From the NCBI RefSeq assembly GCF_046545975.1, contig NZ_JBKGYT010000001.1:1-59779 (forward strand): 59,779 bases of DNA, written 5' to 3'. The notes under the pieces are model-generated. The model searched no databases. It was not told the origin of the DNA and worked only from the letters and a program-made list of their open reading frames with translations. Position numbers and translations under genes: made by a program. Shown piece by piece: positions 1 through 11,196 of the stretch; position 1 is the first letter of the stretch; each line of letters opens with the position of its first letter. The DNA comes from Guyparkeria sp. GTDB lineage: Bacteria; Pseudomonadota; Gammaproteobacteria; Halothiobacillales; Halothiobacillaceae.

Positions 1-119
1 TGCTTCCTGGCGATCGATGACCAGGGAACCTCTGTACGGATGCCATACCGCTCTGGCCTGGCGAGTCGCCCGTCGAGCGGGCGGCCGTGACCGTTTCACG
101 CTCATCCCGGAGTTCAATC

Positions 120-845
120 ATGCAAGCGAGACACCTTCATGCCGTCATCCCGCTGGTGGCCGCGCCACTGGTCGTCGGCTCCGCCCTGGCGGAGGAAGCC
201 GACGGACCCTGGAGCGGCTCGGCCGAGTTCGGCGCGGCCATGACCACCGGCAACAGCGACACCTCCAGCCTCAACGGCAAGCTGCGCCTCAAGCACGAGG
301 CCATTCCCTGGGAGAACAAGTTCCGTCTCGAGGCCTACCAGGCGGACGAGGACGGCGAGGAGACGGCCAGCCGCGTGCTGGGCGAGCACGAGACCAACTA
401 CGCCCTGAGCGACCGGGACTACCTCTTCGGCGTGCTGCGCGGCACCTACGACGAGTTCTCCGGCTACGACTACCAGGCCAGCGCGGCGGCGGGCTACGGT
501 CGGAAGATCTGGGTTTCCGAGAAGGGCTACTGGGATGCCGAGATCGGCCCGGGTGTCCGGGTCGCCGAGACCAACGACAACGTGCGCGAGACCAACGCGA
601 TCGCGCGACTGAGCAGTGGCTTCGAGTACCGGCTGTCGGACAACGCCCGCTTCAACCAGGACGTCACCGTGCTCTCCGGTTCCGACAACACCGAGATCGA
701 ATCGATCACGGGGGTCAGCGCCTCGATCACCGACACCCTGGCCATGAAGCTGGCCTACACCGTGCAGCACAACACCGACGTGCCGGCCGACACGGAAAAC
801 ACCGACACCTACACCTCGGTGAACCTGGTCTACGACTTCCAGTAA
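120..845 (+). CDS. DUF481/YdiY-family outer-membrane beta-barrel protein
   Basis: Signal peptide, then W-S-G-S-A-E-F-G...TTGNSDT N-terminus, alternating beta-strand pattern and C-terminal LVYDF(Q); ATG at 120 after GGAG. Confidence 0.8.
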   Translation: MQARHLHAVIPLVAAPLVVGSALAEEADGPWSGSAEFGAAMTTGNSDTSSLNGKLRLKHEAIPWENKFRLEAYQADEDGEETASRVLGEHETNYALSDRDYLFGVLRGTYDEFSGYDYQASAAAGYGRKIWVSEKGYWDAEIGPGVRVAETNDNVRETNAIARLSSGFEYRLSDNARFNQDVTVLSGSDNTEIESITGVSASITDTLAMKLAYTVQHNTDVPADTENTDTYTSVNLVYDFQ

Positions 846-870
846 CGCGGTGCCCGGTGCCCCGAGACGC

Positions 871-905
871 AAAAAGGCCCGGTCGGCAATCGCCACCGGG
901 CCTTT
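871..905. terminator. Probable bidirectional intrinsic terminator
   Basis: AAAGGCCCGGT-N11-ACCGGGCCTTT hairpin between convergent genes; A-run gives a U-tract on the minus strand. Confidence 0.75.
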
Positions 906-926
906 CCTGGTCGCGGGCGGGGACGA

Positions 927-1316
927 TCAGCCCGGCAGGACCATCACCCCGTCGATCTCCACCTCGGCGCCCTTGGGCAGGGCACGCACGCCCAGGGCCG
1001 CGCGGGCGGGATAGGGCTCGGCGAGGTACTCCTTCATCACCGCGTTGACCTTCTCGAAGTGGGCCAGGTCCGGCAGGTACACCTGCAGCTTGACCACGTC
1101 GGCGAGATCGCCCCCGGCGGCCCGGCAGACAGCGGTGAGGTTGTCGAACACGCGCCGCGTCTGCGCCTCGATGCCGCCCTCGACGAGTGTCATGGTCGCC
1201 GGATCGAGGGCGATCTGCCCCGAGAGGTAGACGGTGTCGCCGACCCGCACGGCCTGCGAGTAGGGGCCGATGGCGGCGGGGGCGTCGTCGGTGTGGATGA
1301 TTTCACGTCGGCTCAT
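927..1316 (-). CDS. ridA: RidA (YjgF/YER057c/UK114) enamine/imine deaminase
   Basis: [23 protein letters not shown] and LPKGAEVEI motifs; typical position after spoT. Confidence 0.92.
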   Translation of the reverse strand: MSRREIIHTDDAPAAIGPYSQAVRVGDTVYLSGQIALDPATMTLVEGGIEAQTRRVFDNLTAVCRAAGGDLADVVKLQVYLPDLAHFEKVNAVMKEYLAEPYPARAALGVRALPKGAEVEIDGVMVLPG

Positions 1317-1341
1317 GGGCGCTCCTGGAATACGGTTTGGT

Positions 1342-3528
1342 TCAGTGGCGTGTGACGCGATTCACGTCCCGCAGGCGCTTGATCGATCGCATGACGCGCG
1401 CCAGGTGTGTCCGGTCGGTCACGCGCACGGTGATGTCGATGATGGTGAGATTGACGTCGCGGTCGTCGAAGCGCACGTCGTCGATGTCCGAGCCGGCATC
1501 CGACACCGCCGCGGCGATCCGGGCCAGCCCCCCGCGCACGTTGTTCGCCTGGATGCTGATCTGGGACTGGTATTCGCCCGTGGGCTGCGCGTCCCAATCC
1601 ACGGCCAGCCAGCGCTCGGGGTGTTCGCCGGCGTCACTGGCATTGGGACAGCCCTGCCGGTGCACGACGATACCGCGCCCGGTGGACAAAAACCCCACCA
1701 CCGCGTCACCCGGCACGGGGTGGCAGCACTTGGCGAAGCTGACCACCAGGCCCTCGGTGCCGCTGATGATCACCGGGGCCTGCTGGCGCTCGTCCTCGCC
1801 CCACCGGACCTCGTCCGGATCGAGCTTGCCCGCCTCGACCTTCAGCAGCCGCACCACCAGCGGGGCCATGCGGTTGCCCAGGCCGATCTCGCGCAGCAGG
1901 TCGTTGAAGCTCTCCTGGTGGTACTCGCGCAGGATCGTGTCGATGCGCGCCTCGTCGAGTTCCTCGATATCGCAGCCCTCGGCGAGCATGGCCTTGGTGA
2001 GCAGGCGATGCCCCAGCCGTATCGCCTCGACATCCTGAAGGTTCTTGAGGTGGGCGCGGATGCTCGCCCGGGCCCGCGCGGTGACAACGAACGAGAGCCA
2101 GCTCGGGTTGGGCGCCGCGCCCGGGGCGGTGATCACCTCGACGGTCTGGCCGGATTCCAGCGGGGTGGACAGCGGGGCGAAGCGGCGGTCGATCTTGCAA
2201 CCCACGCAGGTGTTGCCCACGTCGGTGTGGATCGCGTAGGCAAAATCCACCGCCGTGGCCCGGCGCGGCAGCTCGATGATCTCGCCCATGGGCGTGAAGA
2301 CGTAGACCTCGTCGGGGAACAGGTCGACCTTGACCGACTCGAGGAACTCCTGCGGGTTGCCCGCCTTCTGCTGGATTTCCAGCAGGTCGCGCAGCCATTC
2401 GCGCGCCCGGGTCTGCGTGACCGAGCCCTGATCGCCCTGGGCCTTGTACAGCCAGTGGGCGGCGATACCCGATTCGGCGAACTGGTCCATCTCGTGGGTG
2501 CGGATCTGCACCTCCAGCGGTATGCCATGCGGGCCGAACAGGATGGTGTGCAGCGACTGGTAGCCGTTCGCCTTCGGGATGGCGATGTAGTCCTTGAAGC
2601 GCCCGGGAAGCGGCTTGTAGAGGTTATGAACGATGCCAACCGCCCGGTAGCAGTCGTCGACGGAATCGACCAGCACCCGTACCGCGAAGACGTCGAACAC
2701 CTCCTTGAAGGAAAGGTGCTTGCTCTTCATCTTGCGATAGATGGAATAAGGGCGCTTCTCGCGCGCCAAGGTGTCCGCGGCCAGGTTCTCGTGCTCGAAG
2801 CGCTGCTCGAAGCGCTCCTGGATGCCGGCGACGATCTCCTTGCGGTTGCCGCGTGCCCGGCGCACCGCCTCACTCAGGATGCGATGGCGCAACGGATAGA
2901 GGGCGGCGAAGCCGAGGTCCTCGAGTTCGTGGCGGATGGCGTTCAGGCCGAGCCGGTTGGCGATCGGCGTGTAGATGTCCAGCGTCTCGCGCGCGATGCG
3001 CCGTCGCTTGTCCGGGCGCATGACACCCAGCGTGCGCATGTTGTGCAGGCGATCGGCGAGCTTGATCAGGATGACGCGGACATCCTCGATCATCGCCATC
3101 ATCATCTTGCGGAAGTTGGCCGCCTGCGCCTCGGCCCTGGACTTGAAGCGGATCTGGTCGAGCTTGGAGACACCGTCGACGAGATGCGCGATTTCCTCGC
3201 CGAACTCCTCGACGATCTCGTCGTGGACGATGTCCGTGTCCTCGATGACGTCGTGCAGGATGGCCGCGACCACGGTGGCCTCGTCCATGCGCAGGTCGGC
3301 GAGGATGTGCGCCACCGCGATCGGGTGGCTGATGTAGGGTTCGCCGCTCTTGCGGGTCTGGCCGGCGTGGGCCCGGGCACCGAACTCGAAGGCGGTCCGG
3401 ATGTGGGCGATGCCCTCGGGCTCGATGTACTCGGCCAAGTGGTCCGCCAGCGGGGCGAAGAACTCGTCCGTCAGGTCGGTCTCACTCCCGACCCGACCCG
3501 GTTCGGCTGCCGTCTGCTGGTCCGTCAT
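1342..3528 (-). CDS. spoT: Bifunctional (p)ppGpp synthetase/hydrolase SpoT
   Basis: HD motif [39 protein letters not shown] and ACT domains; follows rpoZ; start set at MTDQ. Confidence 0.95.
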   Translation of the reverse strand: MTDQQTAAEPGRVGSETDLTDEFFAPLADHLAEYIEPEGIAHIRTAFEFGARAHAGQTRKSGEPYISHPIAVAHILADLRMDEATVVAAILHDVIEDTDIVHDEIVEEFGEEIAHLVDGVSKLDQIRFKSRAEAQAANFRKMMMAMIEDVRVILIKLADRLHNMRTLGVMRPDKRRRIARETLDIYTPIANRLGLNAIRHELEDLGFAALYPLRHRILSEAVRRARGNRKEIVAGIQERFEQRFEHENLAADTLAREKRPYSIYRKMKSKHLSFKEVFDVFAVRVLVDSVDDCYRAVGIVHNLYKPLPGRFKDYIAIPKANGYQSLHTILFGPHGIPLEVQIRTHEMDQFAESGIAAHWLYKAQGDQGSVTQTRAREWLRDLLEIQQKAGNPQEFLESVKVDLFPDEVYVFTPMGEIIELPRRATAVDFAYAIHTDVGNTCVGCKIDRRFAPLSTPLESGQTVEVITAPGAAPNPSWLSFVVTARARASIRAHLKNLQDVEAIRLGHRLLTKAMLAEGCDIEELDEARIDTILREYHQESFNDLLREIGLGNRMAPLVVRLLKVEAGKLDPDEVRWGEDERQQAPVIISGTEGLVVSFAKCCHPVPGDAVVGFLSTGRGIVVHRQGCPNASDAGEHPERWLAVDWDAQPTGEYQSQISIQANNVRGGLARIAAAVSDAGSDIDDVRFDDRDVNLTIIDITVRVTDRTHLARVMRSIKRLRDVNRVTRH

Positions 3529-3553
3529 CCCCGCGGCGACCCGGCCCCTCGGC

Positions 3554-3871
3554 TCAGGCTTCCTCGCGGCTGGCCGAGGCCGACGGGGCGCCGCTCTCGT
3601 CGGCAAACTGCGCCAGCTCGGCCCGGATCTCGGCCTCGGTGATCTCGGAACGCGACAGGGTGATCTGGTTCTCGATCTCGTCGATGCGCTGGCGGTCGAT
3701 CTTGCCATCGCCCAATTCCCGCAGGGCGATGACCACCGGCTTTTCCTTGCCCATCGGCACCAGCGGCTCCGCGCCGTGCTCGATCTGGCGTGCCCGCTTG
3801 GCCGCGGTCAGTACCAGTTCGAAGCGGTTGGGGATACGGGCCAGGCAGTCTTCTACGGTTACGCGTGCCAT
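3554..3871 (-). CDS. rpoZ: RNA polymerase omega subunit
   Basis: MARVTVEDCL..IPNRFELVL.AAKRARQ, KPVVIALRE; gmk-rpoZ-spoT synteny. Confidence 0.97.
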   Translation of the reverse strand: MARVTVEDCLARIPNRFELVLTAAKRARQIEHGAEPLVPMGKEKPVVIALRELGDGKIDRQRIDEIENQITLSRSEITEAEIRAELAQFADESGAPSASASREEA

Positions 3872-4004
3872 CAGTAGTGAACCTCGGTAGTCAAATCAGC
3901 GGGGACGGCCCGACGATCCACGCGGGACGGTCGGGCCGTGCTCGAATCGGATGTCGTCCGGTCGGTCGCTCTCGAGTGGAAAAAAGCGCCGAATATCCGA
4001 CAGT

Positions 4005-4643
4005 TTACGGCGTGGCGGGCTCACCCAGCAAATCGGCGAGCAGTTCGGGATGTCTTTGCCGCTGGCGATCGGTCTCCAGGGAGGCGGCGACGAAGATCGC
4101 CTCGAGCTCGTTCAGGGCCTGGTCGAAGTCGTCGTTGATGACGAGGTAGTCGTACCAGCCGCACTCGGCCATCTCGCGGCGCGCCTCGGCCAGGCGGCGC
4201 TCGATCACCTCGTCGTCGTCCTGGCCGCGACCGCGGAGGCGAGCCTCCAGCGCGGCGCTGCTCGGCGGCAGGATGAAGGCGAAGATCGCCTCGGGAAACA
4301 GTTTCTTGACCTGGGCGGCACCCTGCCAGTCGATCTCGAGGATCAGGTCGCGGCCGCGCTCAAGCTCCTCGGTGATCGCCGCCTTGCTGGTGCCGTAGTA
4401 GTTGTCGAAGACCTTGGCATGTTCGACGAACGCCTCCTGCGCCAGCATCACCTCGAACTGGGAGATGTCGACGAAGTGGTAATGCTCGCCGTTGACCTCG
4501 CCGTCGCGCCGGGGCCGAGTGGTGTGGGACACCGACAGGGCCAGTTCCGGGCGCCGCTCGCGCAGCGCCTTGATCAGGCTGGTCTTGCCCGCCCCGGAGG
4601 GCGCGGAAATCACGAAAAGTTGTCCACTCGGCGTTGCCGTCAT
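4005..4643 (-). CDS. gmk: Guanylate kinase
   Basis: SAPSGAGKTSL P-loop, SHTTR..R.GE..G.HYHF, YYGT, EIDWQGA. Confidence 0.96.
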   Translation of the reverse strand: MTATPSGQLFVISAPSGAGKTSLIKALRERRPELALSVSHTTRPRRDGEVNGEHYHFVDISQFEVMLAQEAFVEHAKVFDNYYGTSKAAITEELERGRDLILEIDWQGAAQVKKLFPEAIFAFILPPSSAALEARLRGRGQDDDEVIERRLAEARREMAECGWYDYLVINDDFDQALNELEAIFVAASLETDRQRQRHPELLADLLGEPATP

Positions 4644-4672
4644 CTTGCCTCCCATCTCCTAGCGTTCCCGAA

Positions 4673-5131
4673 TCAGCGGGTCACCCGGGTCGTGCCGTCA
4701 CGCGCCTCGACCACCCGCACCCGCTCGCCCGGGGAGAAGGCGATGTCCGCGGCCTGCACCACGCTGACCGTGCGGCCGTTGTCCAGGCGGACGGTGATCT
4801 CGTAGCCCGTCTGACGGGTGATGCCTTCTTCGGCCGCCGAGCCGGCCAGGCCACCGAGGACCACGCCGCCGACGGTCGCCAGCGACCGGCCGGTGCCACC
4901 ACCCACCTGGCTGCCGAGTATGCCACCGCTGACCGCGCCGGCACCCGTGCCGATCGGCGTCTTGGTACCCTCGATCTGAACCGTGCGTACATCCTGGACC
5001 GTGCCGTAGTAGACCGTCTGCATCTGGCGGGCGGTATCCCGCGAGTAGGCGCCGCTGGACATGCTGCTCGCGCAGCCGGCCAGGAACACGGCACCACCCA
5101 GGGCAATGACGGCGAGGAATAGACGATTCAT
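4673..5131 (-). CDS. slyB: Outer-membrane lipoprotein SlyB/Pcp (glycine-zipper 2TM)
   Basis: Lipobox LAGC, glycine zipper GA..GG..GS.VGGGTGR, C-terminal VRLDNG....VVQ....F.PGERVRV. Confidence 0.88.
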   Translation of the reverse strand: MNRLFLAVIALGGAVFLAGCASSMSSGAYSRDTARQMQTVYYGTVQDVRTVQIEGTKTPIGTGAGAVSGGILGSQVGGGTGRSLATVGGVVLGGLAGSAAEEGITRQTGYEITVRLDNGRTVSVVQAADIAFSPGERVRVVEARDGTTRVTR

Positions 5132-5175
5132 GGCGGTACCTCCTTCTGGCAACGGCCTGTAAGCACAAGTATAAG

Positions 5176-5202
5176 TCAGATAGCGCCGTCGCCCGAGGGT
5201 TC
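5176..5202 (-). promoter_or_regulatory. SigmaE/AlgU-type promoter of slyB
   Basis: Minus strand reads GAACCC-N16-TCTGA (consensus GAACTT-N16/17-TCTRA). Confidence 0.65.
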
Positions 5203-5213
5203 CCGGCCACGAT

Positions 5214-5981
5214 TCAGCGGTAGTCGATGATCAGGGGGGCGTGGTCGGAGAACTTCTCCTCGCGGTAGACCTGCACCTCGGCCAGGCGGTCGCTCAGGTC
5301 GGGGGTCACGATCTGGTAGTCGATCCGCCAGCCGACGTTGTTCGCCCAGGCATTGGCGCGATTCGACCACCAGGTGTACTCGGCTTCCTCGGGCTTCAGG
5401 GTCCGGTGGGCATCGACGAAGCCGAGGTCGTCGAACACCCGATCCAGCCAGGCCCGTTCGTGCGGCAGGAAGCCCGAGTTCTTGCGGTTGGCTCGCCAGT
5501 TCTTCAGGTCGATCTCGCGGTGGGCGATATTCCAGTCCCCGCAGAGAATCAGCGAGCGTCCCTGCTCGCGGAATGTCTGCAACTGGGGCAGGAAGGCCTC
5601 GAGAAATCGGTCCTTGGAGGCCTGGCGGTGATCGCCGGCGGAACCCGACGGCAGGTAGAGCGAGGCCACGGTGAGGTCACCGAGATCGAAGGCGCAGTAG
5701 CGACCCTCGGCGTCGAACTCCGCCAGCCCCATCTCCGTGGTAACCGACCGCGGCTCGTGGCGACTGTAGATCGCCACGCCGCTGTAGCCCTTGCGCTCGG
5801 CGTCGACGTAGCGGCAGTGGTAACCCTCCGGCCAGAAGGTCGGGTCCTTCTCCAGCTGCCAGGCCTGCGCCTTGGTCTCCTGGATGCAGACGAGGTCCGC
5901 GTCGGCCGTGGCCAGCCAGTCGAAGAACCCCTTGCGCGCCGCCGCGCGGATGCCGTTGGCGTTGAAACTGATTACCCGCAT
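5214..5981 (-). CDS. Exodeoxyribonuclease III / AP endonuclease (ExoA-type paralog)
   Basis: SFNANGIRAA, CIQETK, KGYSGV, LYLPSG, GDWNIAH, GWRIDY, SDHAP; catalytic residues intact. Confidence 0.92.
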   Translation of the reverse strand: MRVISFNANGIRAAARKGFFDWLATADADLVCIQETKAQAWQLEKDPTFWPEGYHCRYVDAERKGYSGVAIYSRHEPRSVTTEMGLAEFDAEGRYCAFDLGDLTVASLYLPSGSAGDHRQASKDRFLEAFLPQLQTFREQGRSLILCGDWNIAHREIDLKNWRANRKNSGFLPHERAWLDRVFDDLGFVDAHRTLKPEEAEYTWWSNRANAWANNVGWRIDYQIVTPDLSDRLAEVQVYREEKFSDHAPLIIDYR

Positions 5982-6070
5982 GCGTTCGTCCAAATGGGTG
6001 AATTCTACCAAGGGAACCTCTGCCACGAGTGCCGGGCACCCGTCGGCGCCGTTGCCACCCTTGCATCTGC

Positions 6071-6097
6071 AAAAAAAACCCCGACGGGCGTCGGGGT
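6071..6097 (-). terminator. Intrinsic terminator (ends the degP-like gene and the candidate sRNA)
   Basis: Minus strand ACCCCGACG-cc-CGTCGGGGT followed by a U8 tract. Confidence 0.88.
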
Positions 6098-6122
6098 CAG
6101 TGGTTCTTCCTTGAGGAGCCAC
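6071..6122 (-). ncRNA. Candidate sigmaE-dependent small regulatory RNA (~52 nt)
   Basis: Lies between a GAACTT-N16-TCTCA promoter and a strong terminator; no credible ORF; 5' GUGGCUCCUC anti-SD-like motif. Confidence 0.6.
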
Positions 6123-6126
6123 TTGT

Positions 6127-6153
6127 TGAGATTGGTTAGCCGGCTAAAAGTTC
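6127..6153 (-). promoter_or_regulatory. SigmaE-type promoter driving the candidate sRNA
   Basis: Minus strand GAACTT (6153-6148), 16-nt spacer, TCTCA (6131-6127); same elements as the promoter upstream of the degP-like gene. Confidence 0.7.
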
Positions 6154-6172
6154 CTTCCGCGACGCGTGATTC

Positions 6173-7579
6173 TCAGTCCAGGTCGACGGCGAGGAACAGC
6201 GGCCGGCCGCGACGCAGCAGCCGCACGGCGACCGGGCGATCGGCCGGCGCGGCCTCCAGCGCCTCGGCAAGATCGGCGGGATTGCGCATGGGCCGCCGGT
6301 TCACTTCCAGCAGCACGTCGCCCGCCTCGATGGCCCCGGCGAACGGCGAGCCCTCGTCGACCTGGTCGACCGCGAGTCCGTAGCGCACGCCCATCCGCGC
6401 CAGGTCGGCCTTCTCCAGTGGCTCGACGGAGAGTCCCAGCTGGGATGGGCGAGTGCCGGCCGTGTCATCCAGCTCCTCCGGCACCACCTCGATTTCCTTC
6501 TCCTCGCCCTCACGGATGATGGTCACCGTCGCCGGCTCGCCCACGGGGGCATCGCCCACCAGCATCGGCAGCTGCCCGGAACGCTTCACGGCCTTGCCGT
6601 TGAACTCGATGATGAGGTCGCCCGATTCGATGCCCGCCTTCTCCGCCGGCGTGTCCGGCTGGACCTGGGCCACCAGCGCCCCGCGGGTGTCGTCCAGGCC
6701 GAAGGACCGGGCCAGTTCTTCGGTGACCGGCTGGATCATCACGCCGAGATAGCCGCGCGTCACCTGCCCCTTGTCCTTGAGCTGTTCGGCGACGTTCATG
6801 GCGACATTCACCGGAATGGCGAACGAGATGCCCATGTAGCCGCCGGAACTGGTGTAGATCTGCGAATTGACCCCGATCACCTCGCCGTCGGCGTTGATCA
6901 GCGGCCCGCCGGAATTGCCCGGGTTGACCGGTGCATCGGTCTGGATGAAGGGCACGTAGCTCTCGTTCGGGAGGTCGCGCCCCATCGCGGACACGATGCC
7001 GTGGGTGGCCGAATGGTCCAGCCCGAAGGGTGCGCCGATGGCCAGCACCCATTCGCCCACTTCCACGTCGTCCGAATCACCGATATCCACGGTCGGCAGG
7101 CCCTCGGCATCGATCTTGAGCAGCGCGATGTCGGTGCGCTCGTCCTCGCCGACCAGTTCGGCCTCGTACTCCTTCTGGTCGCTGAGACGCACACTGATCT
7201 CGTCGGCCTGACCGACCACGTGGGCATTGGTCAGGATGTAGCCGTCCTCGCTGATGATGAAGCCCGATCCCAGCGACTGCGCCGGATGCGACCGCTGCTG
7301 GGGGTTCTGCGGCATCTGCTCGAAGAAGTCGCGGAACATGTCTCCCAGCGGGCCGGGCGGCAGGTCGGGCATCATCGGCACCGACGGACCGGAGGCCCGC
7401 CCCTTGGTGACCGTGTTGATGTTCACCACCGCGGGCGCGTTCTCCTTCGACAGCTCGACGAAATCCGGGTACTTCGCCTCGGCCGGACTCACGGCCAGCG
7501 CCCAGACGAACGCCGCCATCAGCAGGGCCGTCGCGTACCCAAGGGGTCGGGCAATCCTGGCAACCACTGTATCGATCAT
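6173..7579 (-). CDS. Periplasmic serine protease, DegP/DegQ/MucD (HtrA) family, two PDZ domains
   Basis: Signal peptide, SLGSGFII, LTNAHVV, DIALLKI, PGNSGGPL catalytic triad motifs, PDZ GYLGV. Confidence 0.95.
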   Translation of the reverse strand: MIDTVVARIARPLGYATALLMAAFVWALAVSPAEAKYPDFVELSKENAPAVVNINTVTKGRASGPSVPMMPDLPPGPLGDMFRDFFEQMPQNPQQRSHPAQSLGSGFIISEDGYILTNAHVVGQADEISVRLSDQKEYEAELVGEDERTDIALLKIDAEGLPTVDIGDSDDVEVGEWVLAIGAPFGLDHSATHGIVSAMGRDLPNESYVPFIQTDAPVNPGNSGGPLINADGEVIGVNSQIYTSSGGYMGISFAIPVNVAMNVAEQLKDKGQVTRGYLGVMIQPVTEELARSFGLDDTRGALVAQVQPDTPAEKAGIESGDLIIEFNGKAVKRSGQLPMLVGDAPVGEPATVTIIREGEEKEIEVVPEELDDTAGTRPSQLGLSVEPLEKADLARMGVRYGLAVDQVDEGSPFAGAIEAGDVLLEVNRRPMRNPADLAEALEAAPADRPVAVRLLRRGRPLFLAVDLD

Positions 7580-7666
7580 CGACAGCTCTCCTCTCGGAAG
7601 ACGATTGGGGTTGTGGAATCCGCGCCACCTGAACCCGGTGACATCACCCTGGGGATCCCAGAAAAA

Positions 7667-7693
7667 TGAGATAAAGACGCGCCGCGGAAGTTC
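7667..7693 (-). promoter_or_regulatory. SigmaE-type promoter of the degP-like gene
   Basis: Minus strand GAACTT-N16-TCTCA; degP is a classic sigmaE target. Confidence 0.75.
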
Positions 7694-7717
7694 AACCCCC
7701 GCAGGCACGTCAGGCCG

Positions 7718-8494
7718 TCATTGCGGGCGCTCCGGATACACCTCGAAGCCGCGCCCGGACAGTTCGCCGGTCAGCCAGCCGATCACCCGGTCGACTTCGG
7801 CGCGATCCCCCTTCAGGCCCAGTTCCAGCAGTCGGCGACTGCCACCGAGCACGGGCAGACTGAACAGACGCAGCCGGGGATGCTCGATGCACAGGAAGTC
7901 CATCAGGTCGATCAGCTCGCTCTCCGGGGTGTCCGCCAGCCACAGGGATCGCTCGGCATAGTCCGCGTCCCCGAGGTCGGCGAGCGGATGGTCGAGAATC
8001 CAGTCAAGCATGGCATGCGCCATCTCCGGAAACCCGGGCATGAAGAAATGCCCTTCCACCGAGAAGCCGGGCACGCGATTGAACGCATTGGGAATCAGCT
8101 CGGCCCCCTCGGGCAGGTCGGCCATCAGGATCCGCTTCGGGTAGGCCGCCTCGCCGAACTTGCCCTCGATCAGTTCGACCGCCCCCGGATGGCGCACCAG
8201 GGGGCGGTCGAAGGCACGGGCGGCACAGTCCCGGGTCAGGTCATCCGGGGTGGCACCGATGCCGCCGAAGCAGAACACCGTCGCCCCGTCCCGACGGCTG
8301 CGCCGGAGCAGGTCGACGATGGTCTCCTCCCGGTCCGGCAGGAACTGCGCCCAGGACGGGACCAGCCCGCGTGGGGCCAGGCGGTCGATCACCGCCTGCA
8401 GGTGACGGTCGCGACGACGCCCCGAAAGGATCTCGTCGCCGATGACCAGCACCCCGATGCCGGCAAGCGGCCCGCTGGAATGCGACGCGCTCAT
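7718..8494 (-). CDS. CinA-like molybdopterin-binding (MoCF) domain protein
   Basis: IGDEILSG, GGIGATPDDLT, MPGFPEMA motifs. Confidence 0.85.
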   Translation of the reverse strand: MSASHSSGPLAGIGVLVIGDEILSGRRRDRHLQAVIDRLAPRGLVPSWAQFLPDREETIVDLLRRSRRDGATVFCFGGIGATPDDLTRDCAARAFDRPLVRHPGAVELIEGKFGEAAYPKRILMADLPEGAELIPNAFNRVPGFSVEGHFFMPGFPEMAHAMLDWILDHPLADLGDADYAERSLWLADTPESELIDLMDFLCIEHPRLRLFSLPVLGGSRRLLELGLKGDRAEVDRVIGWLTGELSGRGFEVYPERPQ

Positions 8495-8495
8495 C

Positions 8496-10779
<2,284 letters not shown>

Positions 10780-10787
10780 TTCCGCTT

Positions 10788-10809
10788 GGCACGCCCGGCC
10801 GGGCGTGCC
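10788..10809. repeat. Perfect 22-bp palindrome after trxB
   Basis: GGCACGCCCGGCCGGGCGTGCC; no U-tract, so more likely a pause or mRNA-stabilising hairpin than a terminator. Confidence 0.5.
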
Positions 10810-10836
10810 CACCCGACACGAGACAAGGGGACCGAC

Positions 10837-11196
10837 ATGGACCCAACCATCGCTGCCTACGTGGTGATCCTGGCATTGGCACTCGGGCTGACCGGGGCGC
10901 TGCGCGCCGAACGTGAACACTGCGGTCGGGGCATCCTGATCGTCACCACCCTGGCCGGATTTCTGGTGGTCGCCGCCGTGAGTGCGCTGCTCTCCGCCCA
11001 GAGTGCGCTGGAACTGGTGCTTTCCACCATCGCGGTGTTCTTCGGTGCCCAGTCGGCGGCCACCGCGTTCCTGCTGCTGCGCCAGGAGGTCCAGTCCGAG
11101 CCCGACGACGAGCCCGACGAGCAGGAACTGCTCGACGAGGATGAACAGGCCCGGGCGCTGCGCCATGCCCGCGGCACCCAAGGGGAGGAAGGCTGA
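10837..11196 (+). CDS. Hypothetical membrane protein (about 3 TM, acidic tail)
   Basis: Hydrophobic segments, AAGGGG RBS, host-like codon usage; no recognised family. Confidence 0.7.
   Translation: MDPTIAAYVVILALALGLTGALRAEREHCGRGILIVTTLAGFLVVAAVSALLSAQSALELVLSTIAVFFGAQSAATAFLLLRQEVQSEPDDEPDEQELLDEDEQARALRHARGTQGEEG

Noticed and set aside
24-56. SigmaE promoter upstream of the DUF481 gene (GGAACC)
   Set aside because: No TCTRA/TCTCA at 16-17 nt spacing.
1270-3642. Long antisense and alternative-frame ORFs (e.g. 790 aa opposite spoT; others opposite purH, glnE, gyrB, comM, ctpA)
   Set aside because: Shadow ORFs expected from high-GC codon bias; they overlap well-supported genes and have no motifs.
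3905-3939. 10-bp inverted repeat between gmk and rpoZ as a terminator or REP element
   Set aside because: Long loop, no U-tract and no other copies noticed.
5214-5981. Crc catabolite repression protein
   Set aside because: Catalytic nuclease residues (QETK, GDWN, SDH) are intact, whereas Crc has lost several of them.
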